Source: Escherichia coli (GTDB taxonomy: Bacteria; Pseudomonadota; Gammaproteobacteria; Enterobacterales; Enterobacteriaceae). From it: DNA of 24,000 nucleotides. The notes under the pieces were generated by a model. That model was not told the DNA's origin and did not search any database. It saw nothing but the letters and a program-made list of their open reading frames with translations. This document shows positions 11,270-19,540 of this stretch, one piece after another. Each line of letters begins with the position of its first letter. The stretch's first letter is position 1. A program made the position numbers and the translations under genes. Location of the stretch: NCBI RefSeq assembly GCF_016889725.1, contig NZ_CP069528.1; one strand, given 5' to 3'.

Positions 11270-12023
11270 TTATTCCAGGGGTTCATTAAAGTTCTTTCGC
11301 AATACGTTATAGTCAAACACGTTATGGTTTGCATCAAAAACATCTGATTTTCCCTGCCAGCGGGTAATCACCTCCTCCAGCGTTTTCGGTTGTTCCGGCT
11401 TTGTTACCCCCATCCATGCATTAATCAGATAATCATTATACGCAGTGGAGGAAAGCTGTATATGTGGCAAACCGGGAAGCGACTATGTAAGGATCAACTT
11501 CATTTATTTGATACTGTTTCTTCAACGCAAACTGAAAGGAAGAACATAACGCTACTGTAATTAACAATAAAAACGTGGTTACAGTGTTCTTTTTCGAAAA
11601 AAATGAAGACGATTTCTTTATTGCAGAACAGAAGAACAATAAAAAGAGGATAATAAACGCAATAACATAAACGACATACATTCTGAACATTCTTATTACT
11701 TCATCAGGCTCTGTCTGAAGGATACTGATTGCAAAACCATCATTAAATGTTGTACCGAATGTACACCATGAATACAAACTGATACTGATATCTGCCGCTG
11801 TCAGTAATGTGAACGAAAAGGCAAGAATAAAACGCAGCGTAAGCGATTTCATCGCCTTAATAATAAGAAGTGCCAGGATAAAGAATAACACCCGGTAGAT
11901 CAGATGCGCGCCGGAGGATACAAGGAGATTAGAAAGGGTAAAGACAACCACTGATAACACAAGGCGCTTATCATTGTTAATCTGTGACCAGTTTATGAAC
12001 GGAAGATTAATTTTCATAATAAT
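11270..12023 (-). pseudogene. Degenerate phosphoethanolamine-transferase-like gene (N-terminal TM region joined out of frame to a probable C-terminal remnant)
   Basis: Frame at 11436..12023 begins MKINLPFINWSQINNDKRLVLSVVVF and has several TM segments resembling EptA/OpgE N-termini, then stops; continuous sequence in another frame (to 11270) reads HIQLSSTAYNDYLINAWMGVTKPEQPKTLEEVITRWQGKSDVFDANHNVFDYNVLRKNFNEPLE. No GES/SDHG catalytic core found. Confidence 0.5.
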
Positions 12024-12151
12024 TGAGAAAAAGCGATATTTCTGTCCGACGCTGGTCGCTGAATATGGCGTGGCAGGTAAATACATTTTTCTGAATAATC
12101 ATAAAACGGGCATCATCCGCCGCCACAAATGTAGCGGCGTAAACAGGATCG

Positions 12152-12436
12152 TCATGATGTTTTCTTTCGTGACAGAAGAGAACGGCACATACCGCCCGCA
12201 ATCATTATCAGCAGGAATAACATCCCCAGGACAACAATTACTCTTAATGCCGGATGAACCCGATCGGCGAGAAAAAATAACTCCATCCCGAAACCAATAA
12301 CAAGCCAAGCCAGCGCCATTCCGACGAGCCCTTTTAACAGCAATCTCACGCTCCTCTCCTTCTGCATTCTTAACGAAAATGCCTTACAATAACAGCAACC
12401 GGGGAAGGCAACGCTGGCTGCTGAACGGTATGACAT
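12152..12436 (-). CDS. Small hydrophobic membrane protein, unknown function
   Basis: 94 aa (shorter start at MQKERSV possible) with two hydrophobic stretches (LVGMALAWLVIGFGMELFFL; LRVIVVLGMLFLLIMIAGGM). Confidence 0.4.
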   Translation of the reverse strand: MSYRSAASVAFPGCCYCKAFSLRMQKERSVRLLLKGLVGMALAWLVIGFGMELFFLADRVHPALRVIVVLGMLFLLIMIAGGMCRSLLSRKKTS

Positions 12437-12488
12437 TTTACTGCTTTATGTTCTCTCAGTTTCTGTACTGACGCAGCCATTAATGGTA

Positions 12489-12755
12489 TTACAGTTTATT
12501 CAGAATAAGGCAGGCGGCCTGGTTTAATGCAATAAACTCCTGCCAGCTGTACTGAGACTGATAATTCAGTAAATACTGGTCTTCAACCCGGCAAATCTGT
12601 GGGCGTTTATCATAAATTGCACACAGATGAGAATCAGTCTGATAGTGACGGCAAATACCGTCACCACGATCCAGACATTGCGTTTCACCAGCCCTGTTGA
12701 CATGACGACAACAGGCCCCACACTGGTTACAGGGAAATGGAGGGTGTAATTTCAT
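12489..12755 (-). CDS. YkgJ-like cysteine-cluster (putative Zn/Fe-binding) protein
   Basis: 88 aa; PFPCNQCGACCRHV...CLDRGDGICRHYQTDSHLCAIYDKRPQICR, the CxxCGxCC...C..C pattern of the family; start overlaps upstream stop by ATGA. Confidence 0.8.
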   Translation of the reverse strand: MKLHPPFPCNQCGACCRHVNRAGETQCLDRGDGICRHYQTDSHLCAIYDKRPQICRVEDQYLLNYQSQYSWQEFIALNQAACLILNKL

Positions 12756-14323
12756 CGCTTATTTAACCAGTCGCGAACAGAAGCCACATTTCCTGACTCA
12801 AACGGCAACGCAATCCCTCGTCGGCTGACTTCCTCTCTCAGCAGAAGTCCGCGCTCTATCTCACTGTTTACGCTATCCAGATGAAGCGAAAAGTGATTTA
12901 ACGCGGCAGCATCAACAGAAAATTCCAGCGCAGTAAGTTCTACAAGATAGCGATCAAGTTCAGCATTGACTGCCTGAAAGTATTCCAGTGACCGCCGGAA
13001 CTTATCCTTAAATTTGTCCAGAAATGCCCACACCCGCTGCATAACCTCGCTGTATTCGAGATAATAATTCATCACCAGCCCGAGAATACCTGTCGTCAGC
13101 GCACCACAAAAGGCAGCAAGCTCTGAACCAAATGGAAAAATAAGGAGCTGCGCCATCGCCTCATTTATCATCACCCCTCCGGCAACAGCCACACCTGCTG
13201 CTACCAGTTTAGTGACCGCTTTGGCTAACTGCCCCGGCGATAATCCCTCCGGGTTAAACACCAAGATTTTAAAGGCCTGAACGAGATTGTTCCACATTTC
13301 CCTGATAAGCCGGACAATCATTTTTTCCGTTGTCAGGAATATATTTAACAGCGTTGTGGTAATACCTGACAGTATCCCTCCGATGACTCCATCTTTAAAG
13401 GCAATTAAAAAAGAACTGAATTTTTCCTGTACTCGTTTCTGGCAGACACGTAATGCTGACGTTATTTCGGACAGGCATTTGCCGGCGCTGAATGAGTTCC
13501 GTTGCTGCCTGATAATATGCGGGATTCGTTCCCTCAGTTCGAACCAGATCTCGGCAAGAATAAGCCCCAGCATCTGTCGCGTCCCCATACGAAAACCAGA
13601 ATTAAGTGAAGCACTGGCGACAGCAGTAGCAAACTTACTACTCAGGTAATAGCTCTGATTAATCGTGGCCTCATATTTTTCCCGGGCATATTTATCAGCC
13701 CTTTCCATACGCTCAGTATCTGCATCAGCTTTTTTTCTCAGACTTATCAGACGTTTCTTTTCCTTTTCTGTCAGCGTTGCCTGAGATTCAAGCTCTGCTA
13801 TCTGCCTTAACGTATCTTCTCTGTTTTTCTGCAGTGTGCAAATAAACGCATCCATTGAATCTGCTTTCTTTGATTTATTGAGCGATTCATGAGTGAATGC
13901 CAGATTTGAAGCATCATTTGCCAGTTCTGCGCCATCCCGTTCAGCAAGAATCCTCCCCGGATCATCATGAATTTCTTTAGCGGAAATAATATGATCCAGA
14001 TTTTTTTTATCGTCTGAAGCAAACACTTCGCCTGTATATGCATCAGTAAGAGTCCCTGCCTGATGTGCACGCTTTCCTTTCCGGTTCGTCGCGATGTAGT
14101 TTTCATGGCTGTGGTAATGATGAGAATCATAGTCGCCACGACCTTCATACCGCTGTCGCTCAGCCTCCGTGGCATAAATGCCATTACGCACATTATGGAT
14201 AGTGTCAACATCACCCCCCTTACGATCATTTAACAACAGAAAATCCAGCCCGAATGATGTAGCCAGGCTCTTCACCATGGTCTGATGTAACTCTTCTGTC
14301 CAGTCAAATTTTTCCACATTCAT
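12752..14323 (-). CDS. HNH-like domain protein with coiled-coil centre and hydrophobic (membrane?) C-terminal region
   Basis: 523 aa; N-terminal TDAYTGEVFASDDKKNLDHIISAKEIHDDPGR...ANDASNLAFTHESLNKSKK resembles an HNH fold (DH..N..N.sK); charged coiled-coil 150-220; hydrophobic segments such as LVAAGVAVAGGVMINEAMAQLLIF and ELAAFCGALTTGILGLVM. Confidence 0.65.
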   Translation of the reverse strand: MNVEKFDWTEELHQTMVKSLATSFGLDFLLLNDRKGGDVDTIHNVRNGIYATEAERQRYEGRGDYDSHHYHSHENYIATNRKGKRAHQAGTLTDAYTGEVFASDDKKNLDHIISAKEIHDDPGRILAERDGAELANDASNLAFTHESLNKSKKADSMDAFICTLQKNREDTLRQIAELESQATLTEKEKKRLISLRKKADADTERMERADKYAREKYEATINQSYYLSSKFATAVASASLNSGFRMGTRQMLGLILAEIWFELRERIPHIIRQQRNSFSAGKCLSEITSALRVCQKRVQEKFSSFLIAFKDGVIGGILSGITTTLLNIFLTTEKMIVRLIREMWNNLVQAFKILVFNPEGLSPGQLAKAVTKLVAAGVAVAGGVMINEAMAQLLIFPFGSELAAFCGALTTGILGLVMNYYLEYSEVMQRVWAFLDKFKDKFRRSLEYFQAVNAELDRYLVELTALEFSVDAAALNHFSLHLDSVNSEIERGLLLREEVSRRGIALPFESGNVASVRDWLNKR

Positions 14324-14369
14324 GTTATTTCACTTCTTGTAAAGCCGGGCTTTAACGCCCGGTAAATCA

Positions 14370-15449
14370 TTAACTCTGGGATGAAAAATAATCAAATTTC
14401 ACAACCGAACTGGCCAATACATCATCCAGCTCATCCTTATTAATAACGTTCATTCCATTATCATCCGTTTCCATTTCAATAACGTTATCTTTTATCACTG
14501 CCTCACCATTTTCCTGTTTCCGCGGTTTAAACAGTGGCGTTGTAATAATATCCGTCATAATAGCGGCCAGTGAATATCCATGGTCAATAAGCACAATGAC
14601 ATCATCTGATACACTGATATCCTGTTGTGTTGTAATAACAGAATGCATGGATTTAAGTGGCTCAAAATAGTGTTTAATAAATACAGCATGCATTCTGTTC
14701 AGTGCAGCGAGAATTTCATCAACGTATTGATTAACTTTTGCAAAATGCTCCCGGGCCAGATTCATTTTCTTAACTGCCCGTTCAACATTGCAGGCACACT
14801 GATGGGCATTTTCAAGAGCTTTCGTCGCATGTCTGTCGTAAGCCCAGCCCGCAATGGCAATCAACGGTGCAGCCACTGCAGTGCCTAATACCATTGCGCC
14901 ACCAGCCATTCCCATGCCCCCTGCAGCCAGTGAGCCCCCACCAATTGCCGCCATCGTCGCGTTATAAGCCGCGGCCCCAGAAAGCGCTGCAATGGGTGTA
15001 CCTGTGGAAGCCGCAGCAAATGCCATCACTCCGCTATACACAGCAAAACCCGCAGCAGCCCCGGAAACTCCGGCAGCAACGACCGTACTGAGATATTCTG
15101 TTGCTGAAATGGCCAGGTTATGAATCTTATTGATGTTATGTTGCGGGACACTCAGTTTCAGGTCTTTATTGCCCTCTTTTTCCAGACGCGCCAGGAGCTC
15201 AGCAGCAATCCTGTCGAACTCACTGAAATCTTTACCAATCTCAAGCTCTTTATTTCCGAGCGTTGTTAATTTTGATGATGTCTGAGCTTCAGCCTGCTCA
15301 AATTTTCCTTTATGCTCCTCGTAACGCTCTTTTGCTTTTTCGAGGATATCCTCTGCTTCTGACTTTTTTTGATATCCATCGTAAGCTTTTTTTCCGCCGA
15401 ATGCCGCAGCGCCGGCAGCCACACCCAAAATAATAAAAGGTAACGCCAT
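14370..15449 (-). CDS. Glycine/alanine-rich membrane-associated protein, unknown function
   Basis: 359 aa; N-terminal TM/anchor (MALPFIILGVAAGAAAFGGKKAYDGY), coiled-coil, then long Gly/Ala-rich hydrophobic tract; AGGAGG Shine-Dalgarno just before ATG. Confidence 0.65.
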   Translation of the reverse strand: MALPFIILGVAAGAAAFGGKKAYDGYQKKSEAEDILEKAKERYEEHKGKFEQAEAQTSSKLTTLGNKELEIGKDFSEFDRIAAELLARLEKEGNKDLKLSVPQHNINKIHNLAISATEYLSTVVAAGVSGAAAGFAVYSGVMAFAAASTGTPIAALSGAAAYNATMAAIGGGSLAAGGMGMAGGAMVLGTAVAAPLIAIAGWAYDRHATKALENAHQCACNVERAVKKMNLAREHFAKVNQYVDEILAALNRMHAVFIKHYFEPLKSMHSVITTQQDISVSDDVIVLIDHGYSLAAIMTDIITTPLFKPRKQENGEAVIKDNVIEMETDDNGMNVINKDELDDVLASSVVKFDYFSSQS

Positions 15450-15497
15450 TCTTTTCCTCCTGTACAGATTGCTTTATCATCAGTCAACTGAAATATT

Positions 15498-16394
15498 TCA
15501 GGAAACATTCCCAGCAGTAAGGTATTTTCCTAACATTGTTAACACGGCTTCTTTCAGCCATACTGGTTCAATAATTTCAACATTCGGTAGCCAGTATAAA
15601 ATCAACGGGATAATTTGATTTTTATGTGCAGCCTTGCATGACAGCGTAATGCCATTGTCATGTTTGTGTAGCAATTGCTGGTAAGGAAGTAAATCCCGTC
15701 GCAAAAAATAATGGGCGATATTACTGTGAATGAACAACACTACATCAAATGTTTTGTCGCTCACCCACGGGTCACATGACTCACTTATCAGTGACTGTAT
15801 TTTCTCACTCTTTGCAAACTTTTCTTTTTTTATATCCAGCCATTTTATTTTAGCTAATGAAAACGACTTTAACTTGTTCTTTTCAGTAGCCAGCAAATAC
15901 CATATACTTCTCTGATTAGTTAATTTATAAGGATGAACGATTCTGGTCTTACCGGCATATGTAATCTGACAAACATTACTGTTGCGGATCGCTTTTTCAA
16001 GAACACCAAGATATTTCCTTAAATCATCCCTGATGGTGTGCTCAGGGTTATGAAACTGAACACGAATATGCTCTTCGGTTGCCCTGTTTTCTAATTTCTG
16101 CCAGAAATTTTCATCCCTTTCAGGAAAAATCGCATCAGTATCCAGTAACCTGGCCAGAGATTTGTGCAGTGATTCTTTGTTCTGGTTATCTGTTCTTGCT
16201 GAAATAAGCCGGTATTTTCCATCACCACAGGCTTCAATAAAGGAAGAAAGCATGTTCAGATCACGATATGCTGTTCGCTCAGTGATGTTGTATTTTTTCA
16301 TCAAATTATGGCGACTGACCACGCCATAATTCTGTAATTCAACAAGGATATCAATCAAACGCTCCGCTGAGCGATTTCTCGTTGAGTCAGCCAT
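15498..16394 (-). CDS. HTH-WYL domain transcriptional regulator
   Basis: 298 aa; N-terminal HTH (ERLIDILVELQNYGVVSRHNLMKKYNITERTAYRDLNMLSSF) and WYL domain (CQITYAGKTRIVHPYKLTNQRSIWYLLATEKNKLKSFSLAKI). Confidence 0.85.
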   Translation of the reverse strand: MADSTRNRSAERLIDILVELQNYGVVSRHNLMKKYNITERTAYRDLNMLSSFIEACGDGKYRLISARTDNQNKESLHKSLARLLDTDAIFPERDENFWQKLENRATEEHIRVQFHNPEHTIRDDLRKYLGVLEKAIRNSNVCQITYAGKTRIVHPYKLTNQRSIWYLLATEKNKLKSFSLAKIKWLDIKKEKFAKSEKIQSLISESCDPWVSDKTFDVVLFIHSNIAHYFLRRDLLPYQQLLHKHDNGITLSCKAAHKNQIIPLILYWLPNVEIIEPVWLKEAVLTMLGKYLTAGNVS

Positions 16395-16432
16395 AAATCA
16401 CTGCACCTGTAGTATTACTCTTGTGTAAGTGA

Positions 16433-16465
16433 ATTATATAAATACCCCTGACATCATTTGTCAGT
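16433..16465 (-). promoter_or_regulatory. Possible promoter/operator of the WYL-led gene block
   Basis: Minus-strand TATAAT at 16433..16438; palindrome CTGACA-TCATT-TGTCAG at 16449..16465 covers the expected -35 region. Confidence 0.4.
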
Positions 16466-16813
16466 TCCACAAAACTACGCCTTCCGGCAACAGATTTTTA
16501 TTTGATTATGTTCAAACTTTAAACCAGATGTCCGGGGCCTCCTTCGTAATACGGTTTATTATTTCCGGAAGGGCTGATATGGCAAAAAACAACGTATCCC
16601 AACAACAGTCCTTTTTCATTTAACAGACTGACAACCATACTGCGCGCTACCCTGCCCCCTGTAAAAAATCAACGAAAGTAATATTTTTGCTCTATTTATA
16701 TTTCATTCATCTGAAATTATTAGTTGCCAGAGGGAGAATATCATCAGGATATCTGTTATTGATTTGTCATACCTGCACTTTACTGTGCTCCAAAGCGCAG
16801 GCAGAAATGGCTG

Positions 16814-17551
16814 TCAGAAGTTATATGTTGCACCTAACATAAACTCGTTACTTCTGACATCAACAGAGGATTTATATTTAGCACCATCCTCATCTTTATA
16901 AGTCAGAGTGGAATCCCCTGCATCCAGATACCGGTAGCTGAGGTCAAGGCTGAAATCCTGCGTCACATCGTATTTAACACCGGCACCCAGGCTCCATGCC
17001 AGGTTGTTTTCGTATTTTGACGCTGAAGCTGAATAAACTTCACTGCCTGCCGGGCTGTTATCGGTATATATGTACGAAGTTTTATGATGAACCCGTGCAT
17101 AACCCAGACCAGCAGATATCCATGGTGTGAATGCACTGCTGTTTCTGAAATCATAATACGCATTCAGCATCAGCGTGTTTACACTGAGCTTGTTCTGTGC
17201 ATCATCAAACTCGGCACCACCGGCACTTTCCCAATAACTCAGACGATATTTTGATTCAGCGTTACCGCGGCCATAAAACTCCACTTCAGTACGCACCGGC
17301 ACATTGTAGTGCTGATAAAAATCGTATCCCACCGCAAGGCCTGCGCCAAAAACCGTATCACTTTTGTCACTGCCTTTGTATTTATCCGCCCATGCCCCTT
17401 CACCATCAACGAAACGTTGCTCTGAAAGTGACATAACAGAAACACCGGCTTTACCGGTCACATAAAAGCCAGTTTTGTTCTCATCAGCCAGAGTCTGGGC
17501 CGAAAACATGCCTGCCATTGCAAGTGTTGAAACAGCAATAACCTTTTTCAT
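16814..17551 (-). CDS. Hek/Tia/Hra (heat-resistant agglutinin) family outer-membrane adhesin/invasin
   Basis: MKKVIAVSTLAMAGMFSAQTLADENKTGFYVTGKAGVSVMSLSEQ... C-terminal RSNEFMLGATYNF; signal peptide and 8-strand-like barrel resembling Tia/Hek. An upstream start at 17560 is also possible. Confidence 0.85.
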   Translation of the reverse strand: MKKVIAVSTLAMAGMFSAQTLADENKTGFYVTGKAGVSVMSLSEQRFVDGEGAWADKYKGSDKSDTVFGAGLAVGYDFYQHYNVPVRTEVEFYGRGNAESKYRLSYWESAGGAEFDDAQNKLSVNTLMLNAYYDFRNSSAFTPWISAGLGYARVHHKTSYIYTDNSPAGSEVYSASASKYENNLAWSLGAGVKYDVTQDFSLDLSYRYLDAGDSTLTYKDEDGAKYKSSVDVRSNEFMLGATYNF

Positions 17552-17911
17552 TTCAATCATCTCCGTTGGTTCTTACCCCACCCGATAAAGAAGGTTGCTC
17601 ATTTTAAAACCATGCAAAAGACAAGGTAAAAAGAGAAAATTCGATCGAATCGATCGACAAAATCGATCATGAATGATGAAGATTTCTTATCGAAGACATG
17701 AAAATGATAAGGAATGGTTTAAGAGGTAATTGCAACGGCATGGAAGTATTGAGACCAGAACAGCACGAGATAAAGCGGCTGAACGTCAGATGAGCTACAT
17801 GGACGTAACTCAGTGCAGGCCGCGTATAATCCATAAATGAAGTGGCTGAAAGGTGACTTCCCGGGGCATCCCAGATATCCACAACACTCTATCCGGCTCC
17901 GGATAAACCAT

Positions 17912-18922
17912 TTATGGCAATATCATGAGCAGCGTTGCTGAACCAGATAGTACTCCTGGTTGTATCTTTGAAGATTCACCATAGAGGCGACTGCCGATGG
18001 TCAGGTTTTGTGTACCTGCTTTGTACCATCTCATCGTTGTCTCTCCTGTGTCCACCCCGTTAACTGAAACAATGGAGTCCCAGCCATGCCCCAGACCAAC
18101 CGAAAATTTCTTACCATGGCTGTATGTCGGAGTTGTATTTCTTAACAGCATAAAACGAATATTTGCAGGCACATCGCAAGACACAGAAAGAGTCTGAGCC
18201 GCATAATGATTATTAGCGCTATTAATAGACAGATCACCATGCTTTATTTCCAGAGACTGTGCAGAAGGACGGCATCCGCCGATATTCTTAAATAAGAATA
18301 ACATTTCATTCTCTCTTGGGAGAGTTTTGGCCACATTGTATGGGATTTTAAAACGGGCCCCCAAGTAATTCGCGAAATGACGCTGCATGCCGGAAGTGTA
18401 TGGAATTGTAACAGAATAATCCCCTAAAGGAAGATCTGCAGGTAGGGCGACTTTAAAAATAATATCGTCAAATTTCTCAGTCAGACGGGTTTTTTCTCCT
18501 GGTTTCTGACACAAATTAGCTGTATCAAAGGCCCGCTCATCCCACTTATACCCCTTGAGAAAAAAATAGCTGTCATTGTCACCAGTATTCTCCTCACTCC
18601 AGCTACCTTTATTATGAACCTCAATAAATAAGGGATATCCATTTTTGGTCATAACCTTTTTGGGGAATACTACCCACGCAATATACTCCCTGTAGTAAGC
18701 CCAGGAACCATCAGCAAACCCAGGACCATTACACTGATTCCAGGTTACCGTAGCAATGCCCGGGCGCCACGAAGTTATAAATTGTGGCCTTTGAGTAATC
18801 ACCACATTCCCTCCCTGATAAGAGTTAACGTCTCCAAGGGAGTAAAAGACAATATTATTCCATGCAGAGGACTCACCAGACACACACAAGGAAAATAACA
18901 AAGCTGGGAACCATTTTTTCAT
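17912..18922 (-). CDS. papG: P fimbrial tip adhesin PapG, class II allele
   Basis: 336 aa MKKWFPALLFSLCVSGESSAWNNIVFYSLGDVNSYQGGNVVITQRPQFITSWRPG...; N-terminal lectin domain matches PapGII rather than PapGIII; conserved pilin domain end SKIQPGVLSGSATLLMILP. Confidence 0.96.
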   Translation of the reverse strand: MKKWFPALLFSLCVSGESSAWNNIVFYSLGDVNSYQGGNVVITQRPQFITSWRPGIATVTWNQCNGPGFADGSWAYYREYIAWVVFPKKVMTKNGYPLFIEVHNKGSWSEENTGDNDSYFFLKGYKWDERAFDTANLCQKPGEKTRLTEKFDDIIFKVALPADLPLGDYSVTIPYTSGMQRHFANYLGARFKIPYNVAKTLPRENEMLFLFKNIGGCRPSAQSLEIKHGDLSINSANNHYAAQTLSVSCDVPANIRFMLLRNTTPTYSHGKKFSVGLGHGWDSIVSVNGVDTGETTMRWYKAGTQNLTIGSRLYGESSKIQPGVLSGSATLLMILP

Positions 18923-18965
18923 CAGAAATCACTTCCGTAATTACAGTTATTCATTTAGGTATGAC

Positions 18966-19466
18966 TCAGTTATAAATCATGCTCATACTGGCCGTGGTCC
19001 GGAAATCCCCGCCATTCAGTGTCCTGCTGCCATTACGAAAGGGCACTGAAGTAAAGGTGAACGTTGAACGTGCTGTGTCCAGACCTGCTGTCACTCTGTA
19101 ACCATTTCCTGAACCATTACCTAATGTAAGAGGTGTTGACATTCCTTTTCCCTGATACAACGCTATACCAAAATTGGCTATATTTGTTGCCAGTACATTA
19201 GTCTGCCCAGCCATTGCATTACCTGTGACCTTTATCCAGGGTGAGCCACTCTTATACGTACAGGATATGCTTATGGTTTTTGTGACTTCACCACGTGAGT
19301 TGTCCACGTGCTCAGGATTAATATTCCCAAAATCAACAACAATATTCTGCCCGTTATTAATGGTGCATGGGGGGATATAAACATTTCCCCTGATGTTAAT
19401 CTGCACATCAGCCAGTACAGCGACCGATGTCAGAAGCAACGATATAAATAATGATAAGCGAATCAT
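18966..19466 (-). CDS. papF: P fimbrial tip adaptor subunit PapF
   Basis: MIRLSLFISLLLTSVAVLADVQINIRGNVYIPPCTINNGQNIVVDFGNI...; pilin fold; between papE and papG. Confidence 0.95.
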   Translation of the reverse strand: MIRLSLFISLLLTSVAVLADVQINIRGNVYIPPCTINNGQNIVVDFGNINPEHVDNSRGEVTKTISISCTYKSGSPWIKVTGNAMAGQTNVLATNIANFGIALYQGKGMSTPLTLGNGSGNGYRVTAGLDTARSTFTFTSVPFRNGSRTLNGGDFRTTASMSMIYN

Positions 19467-19540
19467 TCCCCCTCCGGAGAGCGGCACAGAAAAAATTTTA
19501 TTTTATGAGATATAAAATCGACGTATTTTAATTGATAGTA

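Noticed and set aside
13807-14229. 140 aa ORF in the same strand, alternate frame of the HNH-like gene
   Set aside because: Overlaps the stronger 523 aa frame; biased, lysine/methionine-rich translation typical of a shifted frame.
15266-15508. 80 aa ORF spanning the WYL/Gly-rich gene junction
   Set aside because: Alternate frame; the AGGAGG-led 15449 start and long conserved-looking frame explain this region.
16429-16623. 64 aa plus-strand ORF upstream of the WYL regulator, considered as an antitoxin or leader
   Set aside because: No clear ribosome-binding site or recognisable domain, and it overlaps the probable divergent promoter/operator.
17667-17882. 71 aa ORF between papG and the Hek/Tia-like gene, considered as an IS remnant
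   Set aside because: No transposase motif or terminal inverted repeats could be identified, so no mobile-element call is supportable.
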